Positions 30,322 to 41,098 of a stretch of 64,000 nucleotides of DNA are shown here, one piece after another. The stretch is from Nitrospiraceae bacterium (lineage in GTDB: Bacteria > Nitrospirota > Nitrospiria > Nitrospirales > Nitrospiraceae), in contig JBFWWG010000002.1 in NCBI GenBank assembly GCA_050246315.1, positions 64,001 through 128,000 of the forward strand. Direction: 5' to 3'. The notes under the pieces are model-generated. The model was given only the letters and a program-made list of their open reading frames with translations, ran no database searches and was not told the origin of the DNA. How positions within the stretch are numbered: the first letter of the stretch is position 1; each line of letters starts with the position of its first letter. The position numbers and the translations under genes are program-made.

Positions 30322-31790
30322 GATTCTGAACCCTCTTTGGCCAAACGGAGGATGAATTTCACCGTGGCTCCCTTGCCTCGTTCGCTTTCAATCCAAATCC
30401 GTCCACCATGAGCCTTCACGACCTGCTTGGCCAATGCCAGGCCAAGCCCGCTCCCGGCGACGGCTCTCGACCCCTGGCTGCGCCCTTGATAGAACCGCTC
30501 GAAAATATGCGGCAGGTCGTCCGGATCGATCCCCGGTCCGTGATCGACCACCGAGATGAGCAACAAACCCTGCTTGAGCTTCGGTTCCGCAAGAATCCGC
30601 ACCACCGATCCCTCCGGCGCAAATTTAAGGGCATTGGAGAGGAGGTTATCGAGGACCTGTTCGATCCGCATAAAATCGGCCTTAATCCATAGGCGTGATT
30701 TGGGCAGATCACTGAGGATCTGTACATGTTTGGAGTCGGCCAAGAGCCGGATCTTATTGACGCAGACCTCGACCAGCCGGTGAAAGTCTATCGAGACCAT
30801 TCGATATTCCATCATTCCGGCTTCCATCTTCGAGAGATCCAGAATCGTGGAGATGAGGCGGATCAGGCGCCTGCTGCTATCGGACATGATCCGCAGCGTC
30901 TCCTTTTGATCGGGCGTGACCGGTCCTGGAATTTCGTCCAACAACAGTTGCGTCCCCTCTTGAATGGAGGCCATGGGCGTCCGGAGTTCGTGCGAGACGT
31001 GCGCCAGGAATTCCGATTTCATGTCGTCCAACTGTTGCAGCTTTGTTCCCATCCAGTTGACGGTGTCCACCAGTTCTTGGAGATCCTGTGGTGCTGAAAT
31101 CTGAAGCGGGACGCCGAAATTGCCCTGCCCGATATTCTTGATGTGCGATTGAACTCGACGAAGAGGTCGCAGAATGCTGTAGCTGGCGATCCCGGCGACC
31201 GCCAGACCAAACAACAATGCCACGACGATCAGGTGCCTGGTCGCTGCTTCGGCTTTGGCGGCGCTCGCATAGGCGTGACTGATGCCAATGCTGACGCTGG
31301 CATGCCGCAAGTCGGTATAGGCTTGCAGGGTCTGGGTCATGCGATCGACGATCGCATCGCGCGTGCTTTCATAGGCTGGAGACAGCCGTCCCGGTGTGGC
31401 TGGCTGTCGCTGTGTCTCCTGACGGAACAGATTCACCTGTTCTCTTCGGAGACGCTCCACATCGGCCAATAGCTTCTGGGCTTGGGGGTTCCGTTCGGTC
31501 GCCCGCAAGGTCGCCAGGGTCCGGCTGAACTCCTCTCCTTCCTCTTCAGATTGAAGCAGAAACGCCGGGTCCCTGACGGCCAGGAATTTCTTCTCACTCT
31601 GGATACCGCTGAGCAGCAACGTCGTCAGTCGTTTGCTGGTTTCGATGGCCGGGTAATGACTGACGGCCATTTCTGTCGTCAGGATCGTGATTTGTCTCAA
31701 TTGGAACAGGGCATAGATCGTCACGCCGGTCATCACCCCGATGATGACCAGTGTGGTCAAAACCAGCCGCCAAAAAATCGGAAGTCCCAT
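30318..31790 (-). CDS. Sensor histidine kinase with HAMP (GlrK/QseE-like)
   Basis: Two TMs, HAMP, SHELRTP, NLLSNALKF, DHGPGI, GSGLGL; start chosen at MGLPIFWR. Confidence 0.92.
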   Translation of the reverse strand: MGLPIFWRLVLTTLVIIGVMTGVTIYALFQLRQITILTTEMAVSHYPAIETSKRLTTLLLSGIQSEKKFLAVRDPAFLLQSEEEGEEFSRTLATLRATERNPQAQKLLADVERLRREQVNLFRQETQRQPATPGRLSPAYESTRDAIVDRMTQTLQAYTDLRHASVSIGISHAYASAAKAEAATRHLIVVALLFGLAVAGIASYSILRPLRRVQSHIKNIGQGNFGVPLQISAPQDLQELVDTVNWMGTKLQQLDDMKSEFLAHVSHELRTPMASIQEGTQLLLDEIPGPVTPDQKETLRIMSDSSRRLIRLISTILDLSKMEAGMMEYRMVSIDFHRLVEVCVNKIRLLADSKHVQILSDLPKSRLWIKADFMRIEQVLDNLLSNALKFAPEGSVVRILAEPKLKQGLLLISVVDHGPGIDPDDLPHIFERFYQGRSQGSRAVAGSGLGLALAKQVVKAHGGRIWIESERGKGATVKFILRLAKEGSES

Positions 31791-32019
31791 AGGCGTCCGG
31801 TACGTTCCCAGACCTGGTCTGGGATTCCTGACACTATATTTACCGTGATGGAACAACGTCTGGCAAAGCAATTCTTTACCGACACGCCACCGATCGGCTT
31901 CGAGCATGAGATGGCGATCGGTCACAGGAGGTGTCAACGGTTCGTTGCGTGGATCGCGCGCTATCCGGTATCCTCTCCAATGTCGCTCCGTTTGGCACGG
32001 TTGTGGAAGCGGCTGAGCC

Positions 32020-32274
32020 ATGAATGGGCGAATCGTTCACCGCCTGGATTTGGTCAGTGGGGCATCGATGGCGACGCGGGATGACGAGTGGCCGGCGTAT
32101 GTACAGTGGTATTGCTGTTCGTCCTGCCGGCGCCTGTGGACCTATCAGGGAAGCGAAATGGTCGTGCTGGAAAGCCAATTTGCCCTGGCTCCCGCCCTCC
32201 CGACACCCGGAGTGCCGGCCCGTTCCTGTTTGGCTTGTGAAGGCAGGGTGTCCGCTCCAACCACCAGGATCTAA
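32020..32274 (+). CDS. Small putative zinc-binding protein
   Basis: CSSC...CLAC pair; divergent from the kinase; start uncertain (32020 or 32068). Confidence 0.45.
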   Translation: MNGRIVHRLDLVSGASMATRDDEWPAYVQWYCCSSCRRLWTYQGSEMVVLESQFALAPALPTPGVPARSCLACEGRVSAPTTRI

Positions 32275-32518
32275 TCCACATGATTCATGAACGCTTCTAC
32301 TGCAACCGCCGATACGCCGCTGCGACGAGCCAGCATGCGGCTTGGAACGCATGCTGACGGGCAGGCTCGCCCCTCATGGTCTCAACATACTGTTTCAAGT
32401 ATGCTTCGCCTCCTCGGGGCTCCACGTGGGGGTACCTATTGCGCTTCTCCATGCAATGGGTCCGACGCGTGGCGTCTTGTCGGTTTCGTCACGAACCGTC
32501 ATGAATAATGTGGGCTAA
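32271..32518. mobile_element. MITE-like element, copy 3
   Basis: CTAATCCACATGATTCATGA ... TCATGAATAATGTGGGCTAA TIRs; internal similarity to copies 1 and 2. Confidence 0.8.
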
Positions 32519-32551
32519 GCGTTTGCTCCGTTCGGATCGACCGCGACGGCC

Positions 32552-33358
32552 TCATTGCCGGTGCAGCGTCTTGTAGAGCCGCTGGCGTCGCGAAGAGCCT
32601 TGCAGTGCCTGAAACAGGTGCCCGCGGAAGAGGAACATGAGCACCGTGAGTGGAGGCGTGCTGAGCAGCACCAGGAGTGCGCTCAGCTCCTCCGACACAC
32701 CGAGTTGCGCGAGCCAGGCGGTCAATGCGGTAAACGGCAGGACCAGCAACTGCATAAAGTCCAGCCCGGCCCCTCGCCCTAGGCGGGATGACAGGGTGAA
32801 GAAAAACGTCAGTCCCAAAGGCCCGATGAAGAGGACGAGGGGCAAGAACCACTCGATCCAATTCTCGATCACGAACTCATAACTGGCCTTCATCACTTCC
32901 AACGGCGAATCGTGACGCAACTGATAAATGACTTCGGGCGCAGGATTGAGAAGCACAAACAGGAGAAAAAAGATCGCGGTCGCGATAAAGGCACCCTGCG
33001 GATTGGCGGCCATGCCCTGGTCGAGCAACATGAGCGGAATCCACAGGACAAACCCGACTCCGATGACATCCCAGAAATATTTGCCGAAGCTCTCCTGAAT
33101 ATCCCGCAATGAGATCGGCCTGCTGGCCTTGACCGCCAGCTCGAAGAGAAAGAGCGTCGCGCCGATCACCAACGCGTTCACCGCGCCGAGGATGAACCCT
33201 CCGGCAATTCCCAAGGGGGCGGCAATCGAGGTGGCGATCATCATGATTCCCATGAACAAGACCAACGCCAGTACGACAATCCAACCCAGACGAAACGATC
33301 GCCACGTGGCGCTCATCGCCGAGCGATACAGGTCCCAGGTGGCCAGAAAATAGTTCAT
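32552..33358 (-). CDS. Multi-pass membrane hypothetical protein
   Basis: About six hydrophobic segments; ATG overlaps the SDR stop. Confidence 0.75.
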   Translation of the reverse strand: MNYFLATWDLYRSAMSATWRSFRLGWIVVLALVLFMGIMMIATSIAAPLGIAGGFILGAVNALVIGATLFLFELAVKASRPISLRDIQESFGKYFWDVIGVGFVLWIPLMLLDQGMAANPQGAFIATAIFFLLFVLLNPAPEVIYQLRHDSPLEVMKASYEFVIENWIEWFLPLVLFIGPLGLTFFFTLSSRLGRGAGLDFMQLLVLPFTALTAWLAQLGVSEELSALLVLLSTPPLTVLMFLFRGHLFQALQGSSRRQRLYKTLHRQ

Positions 33359-34200
33359 GCTTGGATGGATGGCGACTTGAGGTTGGACTCGCCGGGTAGA
33401 GATCGGCGAATCCACCATCCGGCCAACCTGGCCCACAATCGATCAGGGAGGAGTGGGCGGACCACGCGAACCAAACGGCCGGTCAGACCGGTCGGTAAGA
33501 CGACCGGCCCTGATCCAAGTCGAGCGAGGGATCGGTGCACAACTTCCGAAGCCGATTGCAGCCCTGTCGGATCATGCGGTTCGGCGCCGGCTCGTCGGTG
33601 AAACTCAGTGGCGGTTGAGCCGGGACAACAGGCTTGGACACGCACCCCATAGTGCCGCACTTCTTCAGCCAGGGCTTGTGAGAAGGCGATCAGGAAGGAC
33701 TTTGTCGCCGCGTACACGGCCATGTAGGGGATCGGCAAAAACCCCGCCACCGAAGCGACCGTGATGATGCCGCCCGAGCGGCGCGCGATCATATGGGGAA
33801 GTACAAGATGAATCGTTTCCATCACGGTGACGACGTGCAGACGCAACATGCTTTCAAGTGAAGCCGGCGACATCCTAACAAATTCGCCGAAGAAACCGAA
33901 CCCCGCGTTGTTCACCAGGAGATCTACCTGAGTCTCACGCGAACGAGCGGCCAGATACAGGCGGTGCGCCGCCCCAGGCTCAGCCAGATCGATGACTGCC
34001 GTTTCAACGGTTTGTCCGCCTTCTTTGGGGATGTTGGAGGCCAGCCCGTGGAGCGCCGCTTCATCACGGGCGACCATCAACAGATCATAGCCGCGGGCAG
34101 CCAATGCACGCGCATATTCGGCGCCGATCCCTCTCGATGCGCCGGTGATGACCGCGAAGGGACGACGCCCATCGGTCATTTTTCGGGATGCCCGTGTCAT
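33355..34200 (-). CDS. Short-chain dehydrogenase/reductase
   Basis: TGASRGIG, NNAG, YAATK. Confidence 0.92.
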   Translation of the reverse strand: MTRASRKMTDGRRPFAVITGASRGIGAEYARALAARGYDLLMVARDEAALHGLASNIPKEGGQTVETAVIDLAEPGAAHRLYLAARSRETQVDLLVNNAGFGFFGEFVRMSPASLESMLRLHVVTVMETIHLVLPHMIARRSGGIITVASVAGFLPIPYMAVYAATKSFLIAFSQALAEEVRHYGVRVQACCPGSTATEFHRRAGAEPHDPTGLQSASEVVHRSLARLGSGPVVLPTGLTGRLVRVVRPLLPDRLWARLAGWWIRRSLPGESNLKSPSIQA

Positions 34201-34363
34201 GGTTCATACATAAAGCGATCGGCTCAGGCTGGTCAAGCGGAAGCGGGACATACCAGGTCATGACGCCAGGCGCGAGCCATGCGGCATTGACTTCAGACAA
34301 GTCGTAGTTACCTAACCGTGACAGTCGAGGATGATTGACGCAGCGGAAGGAGCGCGAGACACG

Positions 34364-36964
34364 ATGGATATGAATCGCATGACAATTAAGTTGCAGGAGG
34401 CGTTGCAAGCGGCTTCCGGCCTGGCGATGCGCAGAGGCCATCAAGGGATCGAGATCGAGCATCTCCTGTCGGCCATTCTCGATCAATCCGGTGGCATCGG
34501 TTCCAGCCTCCTGGAATCGGCTGGAGTCTCGCTTCAGGCGATCCGCCAGGCCGTGGAGCAGACGTTGGCTCGGGTCCCTCAGGTTCAAGGACCGGGCAGC
34601 GGGCCCGGACAGATCCATGTCACGTCCCGGCTCTCACAGGTCTTAACCCGAGCCGAACAAGAAATGCAGGCGCTCAAGGATGAGTACCTGAGCGTGGAAC
34701 ATGTCATCATGTCCATGGTCGAGGAGGGTGGCGTCTTCAAGAAGCTCGGCTTGACCAGAGACAAGGTGCTTTCCGCTCTCCAGCATGTCCGCGGCAATCA
34801 ACGCGTCACCAGTCAAGATCCGGAAGGCACGTATCAGGCGCTTGAGAAGTACGGTCGCGACCTCACAAAACTCGCGTCCCAAGGAAAGTTGGACCCTGTC
34901 ATCGGCCGCGACGAGGAGATCAGGCGGGTCATTCAGATCCTTTCCCGCCGGACCAAGAATAATCCGGTCTTGATCGGCGAGCCCGGGGTCGGCAAGACGG
35001 CTATCGTGGAGGGCCTCGCCCAACGAATCGTCAAGGGCGATGTCCCTGAAGGGCTGAAGCAGAAACGCGTGGTCGTGCTCGATATGGGCGCATTGGTTGC
35101 CGGCGCCAAGTTCAGGGGTGAATTCGAAGAACGGCTGAAAGCCGTTCTCAAGGAAATTCAATCCGCCTCCGGCCAGATTCTTCTCTTCATCGATGAGTTG
35201 CACACCGTGGTGGGGGCCGGGGCTGCGGAAGGCGCCATGGATGCGGCCAACCTCCTAAAACCCATGCTTGCGCGCGGAGAACTCCACCTGATCGGCGCCA
35301 CGACTCTCGACGAGTATCGCAAGCACATCGAAAAAGATGCAGCGTTGGAACGGCGTTTTCAGACCGTGCTGGTCGATCAGCCTTCTGTCGAGGATACGAT
35401 TTCGATCCTCCGCGGTCTGAAGGAACGATATGAAGTCCACCACGGTGTTCGGATCAAGGACGCCTCGCTGGTTGCGGCGGCCAAGCTTTCGCATCGTTAC
35501 ATACCCGACCGCTTCCTCCCCGACAAGGCGATCGATCTGGTCGATGAAGCCGCGGCCCGTTTGCGCACCGAGATCGACAGCCTTCCGGCCGAGCTGGATG
35601 AGGTGTCTCGGAAGGTGCTCCAACTTGAAATCGAGCGGGAGGCGTTGCGCAAAGAAACCGACGCAGCCAGCCGCGCCCGCCTCAAGACTCTCGAGGACGA
35701 ACTCGACGAAAAAAACCGGGATCTGCAGATCCTCAAGGCACGCTGGGAGGCCGAAAAGGTGTCGGTCGGCCGTTTGAGGAAGTTACGCCAGCAGATCGAA
35801 CAGGCCAAGCAGGAGATCGAGCGGGCAGAGCGCGCCTATGACCTCAATCGCGTGGCGGAACTGCGGTACGGCGAGCTGCCCAAATTGGAACGGGAACTGG
35901 CGTCGGAGGAGCACCACCTTCAGAAAAAACAGGGCGAGCAACGTTTGCTCAAGGAAGAGGTGGACGAAGAAGATATCGCCCTTGTGGTGAGCCGATGGAC
36001 GGGTATTCCAGTCACGAGGCTGGTCGAAGGCGAGGCGGATAAGATTCTCCGGTTGGAGGATCTTCTCCATGAGCGGGTGATCGGCCAGGCGGAAGCGGTA
36101 CGGGCCGTCGCGGATGCGGTGCTTCGCGCCAGATCCGGCATTAAGGACCCTAAACGACCGATCGGATCGTTCCTCTTTCTCGGCCCGACCGGAGTCGGCA
36201 AGACAGAATTGGCAAGGGCGCTGGCCGCGACGCTCTTTGATGACGAAGGCAATCTCATTCGGATCGATATGTCCGAATATATGGAAAAACACACGGTCGC
36301 CCGTCTCGTGGGGGCGCCTCCCGGCTATGTCGGTTATGAAGAAGGTGGCCAACTGACGGAGGCGGTTCGGCGGCGGCCTTACTCCGTCATCCTGTTCGAC
36401 GAAGTGGAAAAGGCACATGCCGACGTCTTCAATATGCTGCTGCAAGTCTTGGACGACGGGCGTCTCACCGATTCACAGGGCCGGACGGTGGATTTCAAGA
36501 ATACGGTGCTCATCATGACCTCCAATATCGGCAGCCAGCATATTCTGGAGGCGCAGCAGTTGCGGCGATCCTATGAGGACATTCGGAACATGGTGCTCCG
36601 AGACCTTCGCCAGCATTTTCGTCCGGAATTCCTGAATCGCGTGGACGAAACAGTCGTGTTCCATCCCCTCACCGAGCAGGACCTGGGCCGTATCGTCGAG
36701 ATTCAGTTGGGACGACTCCGGGAACGGTTGGCAGAGCGGCGAATCACGCTCACTCTGACCCCAGCGGCTCGGACACAAATTGCCGCCTTGGGCTATGACC
36801 CAGTTTATGGCGCGCGCCCTCTCAAACGATTGATCCAACAGGAGGTAGAGACGCCCATGGCACGCCAGTTGGTGAAGGGAGAACTGAGGGACGGCGACAG
36901 CGCCGTGATCGACGTTAAGGACGACCGGATCGTCGTCATTCCGGTCGTGGAGTCGAAATCCTGA
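34364..36964 (+). CDS. clpB: ATP-dependent chaperone ClpB
   Basis: Two AAA modules ([17 protein letters not shown]), M-domain coiled coil, GYVGY loop. Confidence 0.97.
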   Translation: MDMNRMTIKLQEALQAASGLAMRRGHQGIEIEHLLSAILDQSGGIGSSLLESAGVSLQAIRQAVEQTLARVPQVQGPGSGPGQIHVTSRLSQVLTRAEQEMQALKDEYLSVEHVIMSMVEEGGVFKKLGLTRDKVLSALQHVRGNQRVTSQDPEGTYQALEKYGRDLTKLASQGKLDPVIGRDEEIRRVIQILSRRTKNNPVLIGEPGVGKTAIVEGLAQRIVKGDVPEGLKQKRVVVLDMGALVAGAKFRGEFEERLKAVLKEIQSASGQILLFIDELHTVVGAGAAEGAMDAANLLKPMLARGELHLIGATTLDEYRKHIEKDAALERRFQTVLVDQPSVEDTISILRGLKERYEVHHGVRIKDASLVAAAKLSHRYIPDRFLPDKAIDLVDEAAARLRTEIDSLPAELDEVSRKVLQLEIEREALRKETDAASRARLKTLEDELDEKNRDLQILKARWEAEKVSVGRLRKLRQQIEQAKQEIERAERAYDLNRVAELRYGELPKLERELASEEHHLQKKQGEQRLLKEEVDEEDIALVVSRWTGIPVTRLVEGEADKILRLEDLLHERVIGQAEAVRAVADAVLRARSGIKDPKRPIGSFLFLGPTGVGKTELARALAATLFDDEGNLIRIDMSEYMEKHTVARLVGAPPGYVGYEEGGQLTEAVRRRPYSVILFDEVEKAHADVFNMLLQVLDDGRLTDSQGRTVDFKNTVLIMTSNIGSQHILEAQQLRRSYEDIRNMVLRDLRQHFRPEFLNRVDETVVFHPLTEQDLGRIVEIQLGRLRERLAERRITLTLTPAARTQIAALGYDPVYGARPLKRLIQQEVETPMARQLVKGELRDGDSAVIDVKDDRIVVIPVVESKS

Positions 36965-37017
36965 TCAACCCGCGGCCCGCCCGATCGCGCGATTATTCGC
37001 CCCGACCTACCCGACGG

Positions 37018-37443
37018 TCAACCGATCGCGGCTGCGCCGCCTTTGGCGTCGGTATCTCCGTCGCTCAGCCGATGTTTGTCGATGCGACACTCCGTCGGCG
37101 AAATCTCGCACAGGTGCCCCTTGATGGTCCAGAACGAGCCCTTTTTGATCGTGACGCGATCCGGGGGCCGGTATTCCAGGTGCAGAACCACTTTCCCTGA
37201 CTCGATTTCTTTGAGTTCAACCGTGTTCGGCGCCTTGTTTAGTTCGTACGCCCGCCGCTCATTGAACGCAAGAGAACTGTCCACAACCTTGGCGACCATG
37301 CGGCCGGGCTGATCGAATAGCGCGAAATTCACGAGCAGAGCCCCGGTCGACGGTTTCACCCCAAGTTGCACCAGTGGCACCCCTTCCATTTCGATCACCC
37401 CGTTAGAATTCCGAAAGACGTTCGAGCCAATTTCAATATCCAT
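37018..37443 (-). CDS. Hypothetical beta-rich protein
   Basis: GGAGGG RBS before MDIEIGSN; coding-like composition. Confidence 0.7.
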   Translation of the reverse strand: MDIEIGSNVFRNSNGVIEMEGVPLVQLGVKPSTGALLVNFALFDQPGRMVAKVVDSSLAFNERRAYELNKAPNTVELKEIESGKVVLHLEYRPPDRVTIKKGSFWTIKGHLCEISPTECRIDKHRLSDGDTDAKGGAAAIG

Positions 37444-37536
37444 GCACCCCTCCGCTGTCTGTCGATCGAATAGCAATCGCCGAATAACGTTCGTCATCCC
37501 ACAGCAGGCTTCCGAGGAGGACGATCGCTCCCCTAC

Positions 37537-37749
37537 TCACGCTTTTTTGATCCGGTTCAGGATCAGGGCAATGCAGCCTCCCATCAGCCCGCCGCCTGTC
37601 ACGGCCGTCAAGATCTCAAGAAACTTCGCCTCCCAGACCGACCCTTGGGCCTGCATCACTTCCCGGATGCCGCCTTGCAGCATGATGACCGCCAAGGCCA
37701 TTGTCGCTCCGATCAGAAACCACCACAGAAATGTTCTTAGCGGCTGCAT
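37537..37749 (-). CDS. Small two-TM membrane protein
   Basis: Two hydrophobic segments; follows the comM-like gene. Confidence 0.65.
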   Translation of the reverse strand: MQPLRTFLWWFLIGATMALAVIMLQGGIREVMQAQGSVWEAKFLEILTAVTGGGLMGGCIALILNRIKKA

Positions 37750-37758
37750 GAGCAACGC

Positions 37759-39288
37759 CTATCCTTCGACCTTTCGATCAAGAGAACGGTACTGCACCGC
37801 TTCGGCCACATGCGCCGTTGCAATGAGTTCAGTTCCGGCCAGGTCCGCGATGGTTCTCGCCACGCGCAGAATACGCCCATAGGCCCGGGCGGACAAGCCA
37901 AGCCTGCCCATCGCCTGTTCGATCAAGCTGCGCGCCTCCTCATTCAACGCACAATACTTGGGGAGCTGCTTCGGCTTCAACTGGGTATTGGTGACCCAGC
38001 CTTCTTTGCGATAGCGAGCCCGCTGCCGGGCGCGGGCCTCCACAACCCGGGCTCGAATCGAGACGGAACTCTCAGCCACAGGCCCATTGCGGCCGAGGTC
38101 TTGGATCGACACTGGCGGGACCTCGATGTGGAGGTCCAGACGGTCTTGCAACGGTCCGGACAGACGTCCTCGGTATCGACGAATTTGGTACGGCGTGCAG
38201 AGGCATTCCCGCGAGCGGTCTCCGTAATAGCCGCAGGGACAGGGATTCATCGCTGCGATCAGCATCACGCGGGCCGGATAACGGACCGAGGCATTCGCCC
38301 GAGTCAGCAACAGCACGCCCTCCTCCAGCGGTTGTCGCAATCCATCGAGAACATGCCGTTTAAACTCCAACACTTCGTCCAGAAACAACACGCCTTGATG
38401 GGCGAGCGAGATCTCTCCGGGCCGAGGGATCACTCCGCCGCCGATCAGCCCCGCGTCTGAGATGCTATGGTGGGGGGCCCGAAACGGTCTGCTGGTGATG
38501 AGCGGTGCCTGCCCGTCGAGTAGACCTGCGCAACTATAGATCCTGGTCGTCTCCAACGCCTCATCCAGTTCAAACGGCGGCAGAATGCCCGAGACGCGCC
38601 GGGCCAGCATGGTCTTACCCGACCCCGGCGGGCCGACCATCAGCACATTGTGTCCGCCGGCCGCGGCGATTTCGAGAGCTCGTTTGGCATGTCCTTGTCC
38701 TTTCACATCGGCAAAGTCGTCGTGCTCCTGGTCCGATCCGGTCACATAAGCTTCCCGATCGACAATGGTTGGTTGGATGTCTCGCTGTCCCTGCAACCAG
38801 GCCACGACCTCCGGCAGAGTCCGTACCGATACGACACGGGTGCCCTCAATCATCGCGGCTTCCACGGCATTGTCGGCCGGGACGATCAGCGTCCGTGTCG
38901 GTCCGACCGCGATGCTCATGGCCAGCGCGCCCGGCACCGGTTTGACCTGGCCGTCGAGCGAGAGTTCGCCGATGAACACCTTGTCCGCCACCGCCTCGCG
39001 TGAAACAATCTCTTCGGCCACCAACAAGCCGATCGCGATGGCGAGATCAAGGCCTGAGCCTTCTTTCCTCAAGTCGGCCGGCGCAAGGTTGACCGTGATT
39101 CTCTTGATGGGAAACGAAAACCCTGTGTTCTTCAGCGCGGCACGGACTCGGTCTCGGCTTTCCTTTACCGTGACGTCCGGAAGGCCGACGACGGAAAATT
39201 GGGGCAGCCCGCCGCCTATGTCCACCTCCACTTCGATCAGATGGGCGTCCATCCCGACGACCGTGCTGCTGAGGACTTTCGAAAGCAT
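37759..39288 (-). CDS. comM: YifB/ComM Mg-chelatase-like AAA+ helicase
   Basis: VGLPD..VKES..RV, NLAPADL, GPPGSGKT, RAPHH, NPCPCG, ARTIADL. Confidence 0.9.
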   Translation of the reverse strand: MLSKVLSSTVVGMDAHLIEVEVDIGGGLPQFSVVGLPDVTVKESRDRVRAALKNTGFSFPIKRITVNLAPADLRKEGSGLDLAIAIGLLVAEEIVSREAVADKVFIGELSLDGQVKPVPGALAMSIAVGPTRTLIVPADNAVEAAMIEGTRVVSVRTLPEVVAWLQGQRDIQPTIVDREAYVTGSDQEHDDFADVKGQGHAKRALEIAAAGGHNVLMVGPPGSGKTMLARRVSGILPPFELDEALETTRIYSCAGLLDGQAPLITSRPFRAPHHSISDAGLIGGGVIPRPGEISLAHQGVLFLDEVLEFKRHVLDGLRQPLEEGVLLLTRANASVRYPARVMLIAAMNPCPCGYYGDRSRECLCTPYQIRRYRGRLSGPLQDRLDLHIEVPPVSIQDLGRNGPVAESSVSIRARVVEARARQRARYRKEGWVTNTQLKPKQLPKYCALNEEARSLIEQAMGRLGLSARAYGRILRVARTIADLAGTELIATAHVAEAVQYRSLDRKVEG

Positions 39289-39488
39289 GCCGCTGTTGTG
39301 GGATGATGGAGGTGGTCATGGTTCAACCCGCGGACATGGGGTTGATCCGGTATTCCTCGTAAGCAGGAGAATTATAGGGACGGGACCCGTTGGTTTCAAC
39401 AATGGCTCCCCAATTGTGTATTTGAGTATAATGAGGCCGCCGCTGAAGGTCGGACTGGCGACACACGACTGAGGGAGTCCGTTCCACC

Positions 39489-41072
39489 ATGTCACGTACG
39501 CTGATCCTATCGATCGCGCCCTCTTTTCGATGGACGATCCGTATCTGGTCCAACCGGCTTCCCCGGATCCTTGCCTGCTGCTTCACCATTGCTTCACTAT
39601 GCCTTGTCCCTGACTCGGCCATACGAGCAGGGATTCCCGTGCGAGACTCTGGCACCTGGACTTCCGCGACGCCCGCTCCGACGAGACGGACCGAGGTCGC
39701 AGCCGCAACGTTGGACGGTCGAATTTATGTTGTGGGAGGCTTCGAAGCTCCCGCGCTCGGCAACCTGTTGAATCTGAGCGTCAGTGATAAGGTCGAGGTC
39801 TATAGTCCGCAAGACGATCGATGGACGACCGCGGCGCCACTACCGGTCGGGTTGCACCATGCCGGCTTGGCCGCCGTTGGTCGACAGTTGTATCTCGTCG
39901 GAGGCTATACGCGCTCGGGCTTGTCCGTCTGGAAACCGGTGGCTTCCCTCTACCGGTACGATCCCCAGACAGACCGCTGGTCCGAAGGCACACCAATGTC
40001 CACTCCCCGTGGCGCTCTCGCCCTGGCCGTCGTCGACGGGCGCATCCTGGCAATCGGCGGCTACAATGGCGACATGAACCTCGCCGCCGTCGAAGAATAT
40101 GATCCACAGACCGATCGCTGGACTTCGAAGGCCTCCCTCCCTGCGCCACGCGATCATCTGGCCGCCGCCGCCGACGGTCGCTACATTTATGCCATCGGCG
40201 GCCGGCTGAAAGGCAGTTACAGTCAGAACGTGGCGCTGGTCCACCAATACGACCCAGAATCGGATCGGTGGACCCAACGTGCGAACCTCCCGACCGCTCG
40301 GAGCGGCATCAGCGCGGCGGTCCTGGCCGGGCGGATCTATGTGTTCGGAGGCGAAGCTCCGAATGGAACCTTTACAACCACAGAATGCTACATGCCGGTC
40401 TCCGACAACTGGCAGATGATGGCCCCGATGCCCACCGGACGTCACGGATTGGCTTCCGCTGTCGTGGGAGACCGAATATTCGTGATTGCGGGGGGGCCAG
40501 AGCCCGGCGGATCGTTTAGCAATGCGAACGAGGTGTTCGCGCCGCCATCCGATAGCCCCGCTACCAACACCGATCAGAAGGCGACCCCCGCTCACGTCGG
40601 CAGCGTCATGGCGGTGTTGGCCACCCTTGGTGATGCCGGTGTGCTGCCGCCGGAGGGAACCGGAGAGGCCAACCGCATCATCAAGAGCCTGATCCAGTTT
40701 CAGGCGGCCATGATGAAGAGTGCCGATTTGCAGGTGCGGACCTTCTTCGAGAAGGCCGTCGAACGTCAGTTCGGCCCCGAGGGCCGGCCGCGGTTGGACA
40801 TGGCCCGCCGGAAGGGTTGGACTTCGGAGGTCTTGGAGGCTGTCGCCGAGTTCGCGGTGGGACCGGTTCAATGGGATCAGGCCAGGCTGGACGAGGGGTG
40901 GCGTGCCTACAACGTGACCCAATCGGACTTGCAGGTCCTTGCGACTCTGTTCATGGATGCCCGGGCGCGATTCTCGTCGAACCGGCAAAATATTCACGAT
41001 GTGTTTGCGTCCAAACGCCGATCCATGCCGGGAGCGAGCCAGAGTGGACGGTTCCCGGACAACACGATGTAA
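39489..41072 (+). CDS. Exported Kelch-repeat beta-propeller protein with uncharacterised C-terminal helical domain
   Basis: Six GG...YDP...W Kelch repeats after a signal-like N-terminus. Confidence 0.85.
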   Translation: MSRTLILSIAPSFRWTIRIWSNRLPRILACCFTIASLCLVPDSAIRAGIPVRDSGTWTSATPAPTRRTEVAAATLDGRIYVVGGFEAPALGNLLNLSVSDKVEVYSPQDDRWTTAAPLPVGLHHAGLAAVGRQLYLVGGYTRSGLSVWKPVASLYRYDPQTDRWSEGTPMSTPRGALALAVVDGRILAIGGYNGDMNLAAVEEYDPQTDRWTSKASLPAPRDHLAAAADGRYIYAIGGRLKGSYSQNVALVHQYDPESDRWTQRANLPTARSGISAAVLAGRIYVFGGEAPNGTFTTTECYMPVSDNWQMMAPMPTGRHGLASAVVGDRIFVIAGGPEPGGSFSNANEVFAPPSDSPATNTDQKATPAHVGSVMAVLATLGDAGVLPPEGTGEANRIIKSLIQFQAAMMKSADLQVRTFFEKAVERQFGPEGRPRLDMARRKGWTSEVLEAVAEFAVGPVQWDQARLDEGWRAYNVTQSDLQVLATLFMDARARFSSNRQNIHDVFASKRRSMPGASQSGRFPDNTM

Positions 41073-41098
41073 CCGCTGAGAAGCGAAAGGAGGAGCCA

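Noticed and set aside
31993..32008. Sigma54 promoter TGGCACGGTTGTGGA upstream of the small CxxC gene
   Set aside because: Good -24 box but GA instead of GC at -12; not supportable without data.
16421..32518. Recurring repeats as a possible CRISPR array
   Set aside because: Copies are kilobases apart, bounded by TIRs, with no repeat-spacer periodicity and no cas genes.
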